Source of the DNA: a virus
Lineage: Duplodnaviria > Caudoviricetes
DNA length: 24,717 nucleotides
Virus record (IMG/VR): IMGVR_UViG_3300033405_000945
Span: 1-24,717 of that record
Direction: 5' to 3' (one strand)
The notes below the pieces were generated by a model that saw only the letters and a program-made list of their open reading frames with translations, was not told where the DNA came from and made no database searches. Shown here in pieces: positions 7,636 to 16,669 of the stretch (positions are counted from its first letter, which is position 1; each line of letters starts with the position of its first letter). The position numbers and the translations under genes are program-made.

Positions 7636-9408
7636 ATGGCCACATTGCTTCAACGCGGATGGAACCGGCTGCGCGGCGCGGCCAGCGACATCACGTCGTA
7701 TTTGAAGTCCCCGGCGGATTCGACGCGCGGCCTGATCTTCTTCGGCGAGAGTAATCTGGTGGATCCAGATGCGGCTCGCCGGGAGGCTCGCCCTCCAAAG
7801 CCCGGCACGTTGATCAAAGCGCAGGTGGCCGAGCGCTGGATCAACCAGGTCACGCGCGGGCTGACGCCCGAAGCGATTGACGACTATCTCATGTCGGCCA
7901 TCAGCGGCGACACACTCAACCAGTTTGCGATGTTTGAGGAGATGGAAGAGAAATGGCCGGAGCTCCGGCTCGCGCTCTACAAACACAAACTCAAGGCCGC
8001 GCGCCGCAACCCGCGCATCGTCCCGCCCGATCATCCGCAACATCCCGCGCTCGCCCGCGAGAAAGCCGAGTTCGCGAACCACGTGTTTGCCGGCATCCGC
8101 CACTGGCACCGCACCGCGTTCAACCTTCTGGATGCGGTCGGCAAAGGCATCAGCGCCGCCGAGATCGACTGGCAAATCACGGATATGCCGGCACCCACCC
8201 CCGGCCCCTCCCGTGGAGGGGAGCGCCGGTTGCGACAGGCCGTCGTCATTGCCGAAATGCCCTGGGTGAATTACCGGCACTGGAGTTATTGGTGGGACAA
8301 ACCCGAGTTGCAGGTGTTCCCCGATCTGCGCAACCGCGGCCTGCACTTCGAGATCCCCGACCGCAAGTTCGTCGTGTTCCAGCATCTGTCGAAAAGCGGC
8401 CACCCGGCGCGGGCGGCGATGCTGCGTCCGCTCGCGTGGTATTTCCTCATCTATCTGTTTGCGATGAAGGACTGGGGCACGCTCGCCGAGACGTTCGGGG
8501 TCGATATCGCCCACGCGTTTTGCAGCAAGGACGCCACGCAGGAGCAGCGCAACACGATCCTGCTCCATCTCTCGCGGCTGGCCGCGCGGGCGGGCGTGTT
8601 CGACGAAGGCACGGCGATCAATCTCCAGCGTGCCGCCAGCGCCAGTTCGTTCCCGCAGGAAACCATCGTCAAATATTGCTCCGAGAAAGCGCTCGAATGT
8701 CTCCTCGGCGCGACGCTCGCCACCCAGGCCGGCGAACACGGCGCCCGCTCGCTCGGCCTCGTCCAGCAGGATGAGACGGAGGAATTGGTCGATTGGACCT
8801 GCCTGCTGTTTGCCGGGACGATGACCGGCACCGCGTTGCGCTGGTTGATGGAGTTCAACTTCGCCGAGCCCGGCGACAATCCCGTGATGGAATTGCCCGG
8901 CGCCAACCGCCGCGATCTGGCCGCGCTGGCCAACGTCCTCAACCTGCTCGTCAACCTCGGCGTCCGCGTGCCGGAGGCCTGGGTCCACGCCCAATTCGAT
9001 ATTCCGCATCCGCAGCCGCTCGATCTGGTGGACGGCGCGACCCCCGGTGAGCCGAAACTCGAACGCATCCTCACCCCGAACCAGAACGGCCCGGCCGACC
9101 TCATGCGCACAGACACATTCGGCAATCCGCTTACCGCCGCCCAAGCCCAGCGCGCCCTCGACGCCATCCGTCTCCGCGCCATGGCCGAGGGCTACGACCT
9201 GCGCGCGTTTGATCAGCTTGCCACGCCGATTGAAACGCTCATCGCAGGTAAAAGATCCCCGGCCGATGCGCTCCACGAACTCAAAACAGCAGCCGACGCT
9301 CTTGCGCCCGCCCAACTCGACGGCCTCGCGCCGCAACTTCTTATCCTCGGCGACCTGCTCGCTCGCAACGAATTCACTTCGCCCAATTCCGGAGACCACC
9401 ATGACTGA
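7636..9408 (+). CDS. Portal protein, Mu gp29 / DUF935 family
   Basis: FEEMEEKW, LLDAVGKGISAAEIDW, MLRPLAWYFL...KDWGTLAETFG, LLGATLAT, ARSLGLVQ motifs, plus synteny. Confidence 0.9.
   Translation: MATLLQRGWNRLRGAASDITSYLKSPADSTRGLIFFGESNLVDPDAARREARPPKPGTLIKAQVAERWINQVTRGLTPEAIDDYLMSAISGDTLNQFAMFEEMEEKWPELRLALYKHKLKAARRNPRIVPPDHPQHPALAREKAEFANHVFAGIRHWHRTAFNLLDAVGKGISAAEIDWQITDMPAPTPGPSRGGERRLRQAVVIAEMPWVNYRHWSYWWDKPELQVFPDLRNRGLHFEIPDRKFVVFQHLSKSGHPARAAMLRPLAWYFLIYLFAMKDWGTLAETFGVDIAHAFCSKDATQEQRNTILLHLSRLAARAGVFDEGTAINLQRAASASSFPQETIVKYCSEKALECLLGATLATQAGEHGARSLGLVQQDETEELVDWTCLLFAGTMTGTALRWLMEFNFAEPGDNPVMELPGANRRDLAALANVLNLLVNLGVRVPEAWVHAQFDIPHPQPLDLVDGATPGEPKLERILTPNQNGPADLMRTDTFGNPLTAAQAQRALDAIRLRAMAEGYDLRAFDQLATPIETLIAGKRSPADALHELKTAADALAPAQLDGLAPQLLILGDLLARNEFTSPNSGDHHD
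8193..8222. repeat. In-frame family A element in the portal gene
   Basis: ACCCACCCCCGGCCCCTCCCGTGGAGGGGA, just after the EIDW motif. Confidence 0.9.
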
Positions 9409-10783
9409 ACACAAGAAATGCGACCACATGAATCCCGACGGCACGTTCAAGGAAGTTGATGGCTCACGTTTTAACGGCTGCGTCCTCCACATGATGGAGT
9501 GCGAAGGCCACGACAAAGAGTCGGCCCAGAAAATCTGCGGCAAGATCGCCCAAGAGAAACTCGCTGGGACGGCCGACAAGAAACCCGTCGCCCTCACTGG
9601 CTTGGCGACGGAGTTGACGGCGAATGCGCTGGGGACAGCGCACGCTACAGGAGCGGATTTGTGGATCGTCTATCTCCCGAAAGGCGATCACACCGTCGAG
9701 CAAACTGCGGGGGACGGTTCCGCGTCCACATTGCGCGTGAATCCCTCGCCGCTGTCCGCGAAACGCATGGAAGCCGCCCTTCGTCTGACTCAGGGTAAAC
9801 CCGCCGGCAACCGCGCCTACACGGATTACAATCATGACGATAAGGAAGCCAGTGGCCGGCCGCTAAAATTCGCCTGGCACGACGATCTTGGCGTGATCGG
9901 GCTCACGCGGCGCACGCCCGCTGCGTTGAAAGCGACGACGGGCGACCCGCCGGAGTTCCAGGCGTTCTCGCCGCACGTCCCGATCGACCCTGAGAGCGGC
10001 GAAGCGGTCGGCATCTATATGAACTGCGGCGGCTTCGTCAACCGCCCGCTGTTCGGCGACGCCACATCGCTTTCCGCCGCGGCGCATTTGCCGCAGGAAC
10101 TCGTCGCCGCCGACCCGAACGCGGTCGAGTTGATCAGCGCCGTTCCCGAAGATGATCGTGCCGAAGCCGCAACCCCCGTGGCAGATCAACCGAAACTCAC
10201 CCGGTCCTTCACCGGTCTGATTGCCCGGCTCTGCGCGCGTTACCGGCTCGATCTGGCGACCGTCGCGGAAGGGGCATTGATTGCCGCGTTCGAGCGCGAT
10301 CTCGCCGACACCGTTTCCCTCACCGCCCGCGCGCGTCTGGCCGATCACGCCATCGTCGCCCTCGGTTTCGAACAAACCGCGACGCCCACGCCCGAAGAGC
10401 TGACCGCGAAAGCCGCCACGCTTCGCCAACCGTCCGACGACGTTATCGGAAAGGAGCTGGCTGGCTTCGCGGTCGGCGCGGGCATTCTCGCGCCCGCCGA
10501 ACGCGCCGAGTGGGAGCGCCGCCTCGCCAAAGACCGGCGGGGCTGGAGCAAGGAACTGGCCGCCAAAGCCCCGAGCGTGTTGCTCGCGCGCGTCATCAAG
10601 GACCCGCCCGTCATCGGTGCCGCGGGCGGCGTTCGTCACAAGGCGCGGTGGGAGCACCGCGTGGACGAACTCTGCGCGAGCGATCCGTTTATTGCCCCCG
10701 TCGCGTTGAAAGATCCCGCGCGCGCCCGGTCCATCGCCCTCGAACGCATCGCGAAAGAAGAACCCGCGTTGCTGAAACAATAA
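9401..10783 (+). CDS. Mu-like prohead protease/scaffold (gpI/gp32 type)
   Basis: SD GGAG 9391, ATG 9401. DYNH, FSP and GFVNRP motifs; helical Ala-rich C-terminal scaffold region. Confidence 0.8.
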   Translation: MTEHKKCDHMNPDGTFKEVDGSRFNGCVLHMMECEGHDKESAQKICGKIAQEKLAGTADKKPVALTGLATELTANALGTAHATGADLWIVYLPKGDHTVEQTAGDGSASTLRVNPSPLSAKRMEAALRLTQGKPAGNRAYTDYNHDDKEASGRPLKFAWHDDLGVIGLTRRTPAALKATTGDPPEFQAFSPHVPIDPESGEAVGIYMNCGGFVNRPLFGDATSLSAAAHLPQELVAADPNAVELISAVPEDDRAEAATPVADQPKLTRSFTGLIARLCARYRLDLATVAEGALIAAFERDLADTVSLTARARLADHAIVALGFEQTATPTPEELTAKAATLRQPSDDVIGKELAGFAVGAGILAPAERAEWERRLAKDRRGWSKELAAKAPSVLLARVIKDPPVIGAAGGVRHKARWEHRVDELCASDPFIAPVALKDPARARSIALERIAKEEPALLKQ

Positions 10784-10820
10784 CCCGATACCGAAACCAA
10801 CAAATAAGGAGAACCAAACC

Positions 10821-11186
10821 ATGTGGAGTAGAACAGTTCAAACGCCCGTGCTGCTCGGGCAGGCCGTCATCCGCAGCGGCGTCGATGGCTACGTCGTTCC
10901 CGCCGTCGATGGCACCCAACCGACCTTCCCGGTGTTCAGTGAACGCCCCGATGTGGGCACAACCATCGCCGTCGGATATACAGTCGCCATCTGCACCGAT
11001 ACCGAGGACCGCGAGATCTACATTCCGTGCGGCAACACCGTCACGGAATTCAATTACCTGATGTCGGACGCCAACGGCAATTGGATCCCCGCGACCTCGG
11101 GCAATTTCGTCGGCGCCCAGGCGCTGCAAAGCGGCGTGGCCGGCGATGTCATCAAGGCCCGCCCCGCGCAATTCAAACTGCCGTAA
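10821..11186 (+). CDS. Capsid cement/decoration protein (DUF2190-like)
   Basis: SD AAGGAG. 121 aa between protease and capsid, ending LMSDANG...VGAQALQSGVAGDVI. Confidence 0.65.
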   Translation: MWSRTVQTPVLLGQAVIRSGVDGYVVPAVDGTQPTFPVFSERPDVGTTIAVGYTVAICTDTEDREIYIPCGNTVTEFNYLMSDANGNWIPATSGNFVGAQALQSGVAGDVIKARPAQFKLP

Positions 11187-11209
11187 CCCTGAACCTTGAA
11201 CTCTGAACC
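11185..11209. repeat. Heptamer tandem repeat
   Basis: AACCCTG-AACCTTG-AACTCTG-AACC. Confidence 0.7.
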
Positions 11210-11225
11210 ATAAGGAACCAATCCC

Positions 11226-12245
11226 ATGGCATCCGAACCCCAACTTCTCAGCCTGAACGCCCAACTGACCACGTTCGTCGCGGGCGTGCAACCGCCCGAC
11301 CTGCTCGGGCGCATCATCGCGCCGCCGTCCCCGGCGCAGTTGATCAGCGACGTGAAATTCAATTGGTGGAAGTTCGATCCCGCCGAGTACCTCCGCAAGC
11401 TGGACACGAAGGTCAACCGCCGCGGGTCGATCCCGGTGACGGATTTCAGTTTCACCACCGACACCGACGTGCTCGCCGATCAGGGACAGCAGATCATCAA
11501 CCCCAACGATATCAGCATGATCAGCGAAGACCAGCCGCCGCAGATTCTGCAGGTGCCGGTGAACGTCCGCATGGCCAAACTCAAGGCGCTCACCGAGACG
11601 TTCTGGTTCTCGCATGAGTTCGAGGTCCACGACCTGATCTTCACCGCGTCGAATTACCAGGCCACCAACAATCGCACTGCGGCCCCGACCGATATGCTCG
11701 ATAACGCCGACAACGATGTCATCAAAATCATCCAGAGCATCCTCGACACGCCCCTCATCCCGCCGAATGCGCTGGTCATGGGCCTCGCCGTGTGGCGTCC
11801 GCTGCAGCGCCATCCGCAACTTATCAGCGCGATCAAGGCCGTCCTCGGCAGCCGCGCCGCCATCAGCGGCCAGGTCAATCAGGAGGAGGTCGCTGCGCTC
11901 TTCGGCCTCAAGCAGGTCCTCGTCGGCAAGCAGCGCACCAACCTCGCCAATCCCGGCCAGACCGCCAGCTACTCGCGCATTTGGGGCAAGAACCTCGCCG
12001 CCATCCGCATCGAGGACGCGCCCACGTCCACTGTCTCACCGTACCCCGGCACGGCGCTGACCGCCTACGGCAACATCATGAATGCCGGCCCGGTCTTCGT
12101 CGCCTCGCGCACCATCCAGCCGGGCGACGAAAACGGCGGTTTGTATGGCGCCATTGCCGATATCATCGGCCACACGCGTAAGGTTCTGATGGTGAATCCG
12201 GATTCGTGCTACCTCCTGAGCAACTGCGTGGCCAACGACGTGTAA
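11226..12245 (+). CDS. Major capsid protein (gpE-like HK97 fold)
   Basis: 339 aa. PNALVMGLAVWRPLQRHPQL, VAALFGLKQVLVG and SRIWGK motifs; position after cement. Confidence 0.85.
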   Translation: MASEPQLLSLNAQLTTFVAGVQPPDLLGRIIAPPSPAQLISDVKFNWWKFDPAEYLRKLDTKVNRRGSIPVTDFSFTTDTDVLADQGQQIINPNDISMISEDQPPQILQVPVNVRMAKLKALTETFWFSHEFEVHDLIFTASNYQATNNRTAAPTDMLDNADNDVIKIIQSILDTPLIPPNALVMGLAVWRPLQRHPQLISAIKAVLGSRAAISGQVNQEEVAALFGLKQVLVGKQRTNLANPGQTASYSRIWGKNLAAIRIEDAPTSTVSPYPGTALTAYGNIMNAGPVFVASRTIQPGDENGGLYGAIADIIGHTRKVLMVNPDSCYLLSNCVANDV

Positions 12246-12266
12246 CCAACCCGCCTCAACTCTGAT

Positions 12267-12303
12267 CCCCTCTCCCCTTGAGGGAGAGGGTCAGGGTGAG
12301 GGG
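12267..12303. repeat. REP-like element (CCCCTCTCCC...GGGAGAGGG type)
   Basis: CCCCTCTCCCCTTGAGGGAGAGGGTCAGGGTGAGGGG after the capsid stop; could also act as an mRNA-stabilising hairpin. Confidence 0.9.
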
Positions 12304-12315
12304 TAATGATCAACA

Positions 12316-12798
12316 ATGAGCACAACCATCATCTCCGCCTTCCTCGCCGCCACCGACGTGACCAACGCCTTCAGCCCCAACCTCCTCATCCAGTGGCTCG
12401 ACGATCCGGTTAATCCCACGGGCACGCTTAACACCACCCTCCGCGACACGATCATCGCCCGCGTCAATGGCGAAGCCAGCAGCCTCACGTCGGACAAATT
12501 GCAGTTCCCAATGACGGTGAACGACGCGGACGCCACCAATATTCAGGCGACGCTTGTCGGGTTCGCGCTCGACATGTTCGAGTACTACGCGCTCAAGGAT
12601 AAACCGCACATCCTCGAAGCCTACAAGGGCGTTCAGGAAGGCTACAACCGCGCCATCGCTTGGCTCGAAGACGTTCGCGACGGCAAAGCCACCATCGGCA
12701 CCAGCAAGGTCGTCCCCGGCGCCGAAGTCCGCAACGCCGCCGTCGAAACCACCAGCCACAAAGGAACCTTCGACCGCCGCCGCCTGAGAGGATGGTAA
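12316..12798 (+). CDS. Mu gp36-like (DUF1320) head-tail adaptor
   Basis: YNRAIAWLEDVRDGK and terminal FDRRRLRGW motifs. Confidence 0.85.
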   Translation: MSTTIISAFLAATDVTNAFSPNLLIQWLDDPVNPTGTLNTTLRDTIIARVNGEASSLTSDKLQFPMTVNDADATNIQATLVGFALDMFEYYALKDKPHILEAYKGVQEGYNRAIAWLEDVRDGKATIGTSKVVPGAEVRNAAVETTSHKGTFDRRRLRGW

Positions 12799-12809
12799 CA
12801 CACATGACC

Positions 12810-12902
12810 TGTCACCCTGAGCGGACCGAAGCGAAATCGAGTGCTCTCTCTCAAAGAGAACCCTGTCACCCTGAGCGGAGCGAAGCGGAGTCGAAGGGTC
12901 TC
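12810..12902. repeat. Two tandem GTCA-type REP-like elements (54-bp period)
   Basis: TGTCACCCTGAGCGGACCGAAGCGAAATCGA at 12810 and TGTCACCCTGAGCGGAGCGAAGCGGAGTCGAAGGGTCT at 12864. Confidence 0.9.
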
Positions 12903-12978
12903 TCACCCGTCCGACCAAGCATTCTGCTCCCAAACACTCCGCACCACATAAACAGGAGCCCAATCGGCGCGAGCGAAT

Positions 12979-13563
12979 ATGCCCTTCTCCATTGAACAAC
13001 GTGGATTCGACGACCAGGGCCTCCGCCTTCGCCGTATCGCCGATGCCCTCGACCATCCCGATCCCCTCCTCGGCCAACTCGCCTCCGACCTCGCCCAAAT
13101 GTGGCAGGACGACATCGACGCGGGCCCGAACGACCGTTGGGAAGCGGGTCCCTCCTATCGGGCACAAGCCCTTGGCGGTGCCACTCTCGTCGATAGCGGA
13201 CGCATGAAAGCCTCCATCATCGGACGGCAAAGCGGGCCGTTGGAAATCACCATCGGCAGCGATCTCACCGTCGGCGCTGGTTGGAACCTGCTCGCCATTC
13301 ACGAATTCGGCGCGGATGTGCATGCGACCTCCGCTCCCTGGCTGACATTCTCCTATCCGCTCGGCGCATTCACTCCGGACAGCCCTTCCGCCACCGCGTC
13401 CAATCGCCCCACCTCCGATCCGGGTTGGGCGCGGAAAAAACAGGTCCGCATCCCCCGTCGCCCCACTGCCCCATTCGATTGGGACAGCGGCGAATTGATT
13501 CCCGCCGCCGATGCTCTCGTCCAATCCCGTATCAGCGACTACCTCACGGAGATCTCGCGATGA
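12979..13563 (+). CDS. Mu gpG-like virion morphogenesis / tail completion protein
   Basis: TLVDSGRMKASI, AIHEFG and KQVRIPRRP motifs. Confidence 0.85.
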   Translation: MPFSIEQRGFDDQGLRLRRIADALDHPDPLLGQLASDLAQMWQDDIDAGPNDRWEAGPSYRAQALGGATLVDSGRMKASIIGRQSGPLEITIGSDLTVGAGWNLLAIHEFGADVHATSAPWLTFSYPLGAFTPDSPSATASNRPTSDPGWARKKQVRIPRRPTAPFDWDSGELIPAADALVQSRISDYLTEISR

Positions 13564-13655
13564 ACGCCCGCAATCTGTCATGCCGAGCTTGTCGAGGCAT
13601 CTCTGTCGTTCTTCGTTGTAGGCCGCGTGCCCTCACGCGGCGAGAGGAATCATGA
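13560..13655 (+). CDS. REP-derived coupling mini-ORF (31 aa)
   Basis: ATGA overlaps at both ends. Spans REPs at 13576-13603 (GTCA type) and 13617-13641 (GTAG type). Confidence 0.45.
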   Translation: MNARNLSCRACRGISVVLRCRPRALTRREES

Positions 13656-14185
13656 GCAACTATCTCATCGACATAGAAGATGCGATGATTGCGAAAATCA
13701 GCTCCGCGACTCGCCCCGATGACAACACCCGCCCGTTCTTCAATCGTGTCGACGTCTTCCGTGGCGAAAAGGCCGAACTGTTCCTCGCCGTCGCCCGCGA
13801 AACCGCGCCGTCCGCCTGGCTGCGCCTCGACCGCATGCTGAACAAACCCGAGGAGTTTCGCGGCGCGCGCGCGCTCGGCCAGCCGGTCACGCAAGGCACT
13901 CTGCGCAACGAGTTGAACTGCGTCTGGTCGCTCTTTCTCTGCGCCCGGTCGCTGCGCGCCACGAAAGAACTTTCCCAGGGCGGCCCCGGCGTCATCGGCG
14001 CCTACGATATGATCAATCTCATCGTCGGCCCGACGGCCTCACCTCCCGCCACCGCCGGCCAGTTGCGCGGATGGTCCCCCAGCGCGCAAGCCGAACCATT
14101 CATCTTCGTCGGTCTGGAATTGCTCGGCCAGACCACCACCGAGGCCGTCTACGAAGTCCAAATGAGAACCCGAGTACAACTCTAG
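13652..14185 (+). CDS. Mu gp37-like (DUF1834) tail terminator
   Basis: IDIEDAMIAKI N-terminus, GPGVIGAYDMI, AVYEVQM; synteny. Confidence 0.75.
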   Translation: MSNYLIDIEDAMIAKISSATRPDDNTRPFFNRVDVFRGEKAELFLAVARETAPSAWLRLDRMLNKPEEFRGARALGQPVTQGTLRNELNCVWSLFLCARSLRATKELSQGGPGVIGAYDMINLIVGPTASPPATAGQLRGWSPSAQAEPFIFVGLELLGQTTTEAVYEVQMRTRVQL

Positions 14186-14196
14186 GAGAATCACCC

Positions 14197-14982
14197 ATGG
14201 CCAATCTTGCAATCCGCAATCGTCTCACGGTCGGCGACGTCTGGCAGGGCGGCGCGGTCGCGCTGTTCAATCCCAATTACACCGGCGTGCTGGTCGATCT
14301 CGGTAACGTCACTGATTCCGCATTCGATCAGGAATTGGAGGCGACCGATTTCCGCACCGCCCGCGCCACCGGTACCCTGATCACCGAGGCGCGCCCGATC
14401 AAACGCCTCGAACTGCCCATCACCATCAAGGTCAATTCGCCGGACCCGGCCGCGCTCGACCTCGCCCTGTTCGGCACGGGCCAAACCACCTTCACCCAGG
14501 CTTCGGCCACCGGCTCGACCCAAAACATCACCGTCGCCGCGCTCAATATGTGGCATAAAATCGCCGGGTTCGAAATCGCCAACGTCGTCGTAAAAAAGGC
14601 CAGCACCACCGCCACCTTCGGCACCGATTACGATCTCGATACCGAACTGGGCGCGGTCAAGCCTCTCACCGGCGGCATGTTCTCGGTTTCCGACGTGATG
14701 GCGTTGACGTTCGACCTCACGTCGATCTCCACCGTCGAAAGCAAACTCGAAACGTACGTCGCCTTCACCTACGGCGAGTTCTACCTCTACATGGTGCTTC
14801 CGCCCAACGAAGGCCGCGCAACCGAACAGGTCTGGCTCCGCCACATGGCCAAATCCAGGTTGGAGCCCGCCGGCAAACCGGGCTTCTCTCCCGACAAACC
14901 GATGGAATGGGACTACAAAATCACTCCTATCCCCAGCGGCGATCCCACCTACCCGTTCGGCTACCTGCGCCAAATCAAATGA
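14197..14982 (+). CDS. Major tail tube protein (non-contractile tail)
   Basis: SD AGGAG, ATG 14197. DLGNV motif, LDLALFG, GTDYDLDTELG. No sheath gene present. Confidence 0.75.
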   Translation: MANLAIRNRLTVGDVWQGGAVALFNPNYTGVLVDLGNVTDSAFDQELEATDFRTARATGTLITEARPIKRLELPITIKVNSPDPAALDLALFGTGQTTFTQASATGSTQNITVAALNMWHKIAGFEIANVVVKKASTTATFGTDYDLDTELGAVKPLTGGMFSVSDVMALTFDLTSISTVESKLETYVAFTYGEFYLYMVLPPNEGRATEQVWLRHMAKSRLEPAGKPGFSPDKPMEWDYKITPIPSGDPTYPFGYLRQIK

Positions 14983-14991
14983 CGAGGGTCC

Positions 14992-15396
14992 ATGACTGAT
15001 ACCCAAACCACCGCCAAGCCGCGTTTGCGCGACCCGCTCGAGGTCGTTTATGAAGACGGCCGTCGCGAATCCATCATCGTCAAGCGGCTGTCGAACACCG
15101 ACATGATGAAATGGGTCGACCTCGGCTTCGACAAGCAATTCCTCGTCTTTCGCTCCGTCGAGCGCGCCACTGCGTCTTCCGTCCCCTCCACCGGAGGGGA
15201 TCAAGGGCTGGGTCAACCCTGGTTCGATTCCCTCACCCAGGACTCCGCCTTCGTGGTGGTCGAGCGCGCCCTCGCCCTCAACCATTCCCCCATCGAAAAA
15301 AAAGTCATGGCCGCGGTCCTGGAGAACCTCCAATCGTGGTTGTCGCTGATGCCACCGAATTCCTCCGTGCCCGCGGCCACCGTGTCGACGAGCTGA
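14992..15396 (+). CDS. Tail assembly chaperone (gpG-like)
   Basis: Between tube and tape measure; SD GAGG. Contains an in-frame family A element at 15182-15213. Confidence 0.65.
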   Translation: MTDTQTTAKPRLRDPLEVVYEDGRRESIIVKRLSNTDMMKWVDLGFDKQFLVFRSVERATASSVPSTGGDQGLGQPWFDSLTQDSAFVVVERALALNHSPIEKKVMAAVLENLQSWLSLMPPNSSVPAATVSTS

Positions 15397-15620
15397 CCGA
15401 TTATGAACTCCAGGACGCTTTCGACGCCGCATTCAAAAATTGGCAGCACGGCCTGGTCGAAGCCGCCTTTTACACCGGCCTGCCATGGGTAACCAAACCG
15501 CGCGACTGGAAAAAATACTGCGATGAACTTCATAACGCCATCGAAGGCCGCACGACCGCAAATACTGCCGAACGCCTCCTCGGCAGCTTTCTCCGGCAAG
15601 GCGTGCCCCTCTCACATTGA
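15297..15620 (+). CDS. Tail assembly chaperone gpT-like segment (-1 frameshift product, or GTG start at 15336)
   Basis: The -1 frame is open to 15620 (EFLRARGHRVDELTDYEL...). A8 run at 15296-15303. Confidence 0.55.
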   Translation, partial: KKSHGRGPGEPPIVVVADATEFLRARGHRVDELTDYELQDAFDAAFKNWQHGLVEAAFYTGLPWVTKPRDWKKYCDELHNAIEGRTTANTAERLLGSFLRQGVPLSH

Positions 15621-15649
15621 GCCACGGCGCGCCCAACCTCTGAACCACC

Positions 15650-16669
15650 ATGCCCGGCAATAACATCGCCGAAATCGTTCTCCGCGTCACCACCGAGGGC
15701 ACGCAAAACGCCCAGATGATGGCGAGCCAACTGAATCAGGTCGATCAGGCCGCGCGTCAACTCACCACGTCCACGCTCTCCGCCACGACCGCGCAACGGG
15801 CCTGCACCACGGAAGTGGGGCGCACGCATTCGCAACTGGCAAAGCTCCTTCAGGATTGGGGCGACCTCGAACGGCAGGTGGACCATTTCTCGGCCACGAC
15901 GCTGCGAAATTTCTCCACGACCTCGGCCCGTGCGCTGACGGAATGGATCGAAGGGTCGGGCAAAGCCCGTGATGCCTTCCGCGGGTTCGTTACCCAGGTC
16001 ATCGAGGGCCTGATCCAGATGGTCATCCAACAGGGCATCGCCCACGCCATCGGCCTGGCGCAAACCCGCGAAGCCGGGGCAACACAGGCAGCCACGAACG
16101 CGCAAATTACGGCCAGCGCCGCGCCCGCTGCCGCCACCCAGGCCGCTGCCACGTTCGGCGCCAACGCCGCGGGCGTCCTCGCCGTCGTCGCCGTCATCGC
16201 CGCCGCGGTCGGCATTCTGGCGGCCACACGCCACGCCGCCGGCGGCGTGATCCGGGGACCGGGCAGCGAGACGAGCGACTCGATCCCCGCCTGGCTCTCG
16301 CACAACGAATACGTCCACACCGCCGCAGCCCACCGCTATTACGGCACCGACGCAATGGACGCAATCAACACCCGCAGTATCCCACGCGAGGCGATCCATG
16401 CGGCGATGAGCCACCAAACGTTTGCGGTGGGAGGCGCAATCACACTGCCCTCATTCGCTGCCGGCGGATTCGTCCGCAGTGGCAGCAACGGACCCGTCAA
16501 CGTCGATGTCGGTTCGCCCAACGTCCTTCTCGGCATCGGCGACGCCGAGATTGGGCGCATGACATCCACGAGTGCTTTCCAAAAGTCCTTTTTCGACAGC
16601 CTGGCCAAAAACGCCGTCCGCACCACCCGTATCGTCACCCGCAACGGAGGCCACCGCGCCGAGTCATGA
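15650..16669 (+). CDS. Short tape measure protein (339 aa)
   Basis: IAEIVLRVTTEG N-terminus, Ala-rich helical body, AAGGVIRGPGSETSDSIPAWLSHNEYV C-terminal TMP motif. Confidence 0.85.
   Translation: MPGNNIAEIVLRVTTEGTQNAQMMASQLNQVDQAARQLTTSTLSATTAQRACTTEVGRTHSQLAKLLQDWGDLERQVDHFSATTLRNFSTTSARALTEWIEGSGKARDAFRGFVTQVIEGLIQMVIQQGIAHAIGLAQTREAGATQAATNAQITASAAPAAATQAAATFGANAAGVLAVVAVIAAAVGILAATRHAAGGVIRGPGSETSDSIPAWLSHNEYVHTAAAHRYYGTDAMDAINTRSIPREAIHAAMSHQTFAVGGAITLPSFAAGGFVRSGSNGPVNVDVGSPNVLLGIGDAEIGRMTSTSAFQKSFFDSLAKNAVRTTRIVTRNGGHRAES

Noticed and set aside
9047-9400. Upstream extensions in the ORF track (also starts at 6914, 14071 and 17903)
   Set aside because: They overlap upstream genes. 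SD-supported or coupled starts are 9401, 7118, 14197 and 18032.
7618-9597. 659-aa minus-strand ORF and other long antisense ORFs (10689-11819, 12310-13581, 14191-15432, 17858-19888, 20595-22046)
   Set aside because: Antisense shadows of high-GC genes with recognisable plus-strand products; no motifs of their own.
13377-13417. Degenerate REP inside the gpG-like gene (and a similar remnant at 15622-15644)
   Set aside because: Only a partial tail resemblance with no clear stem; not counted.
14197-16669. Tailocin or contractile injection system
   Set aside because: No sheath or baseplate wedge genes, and a full head and DNA-packaging module is present.
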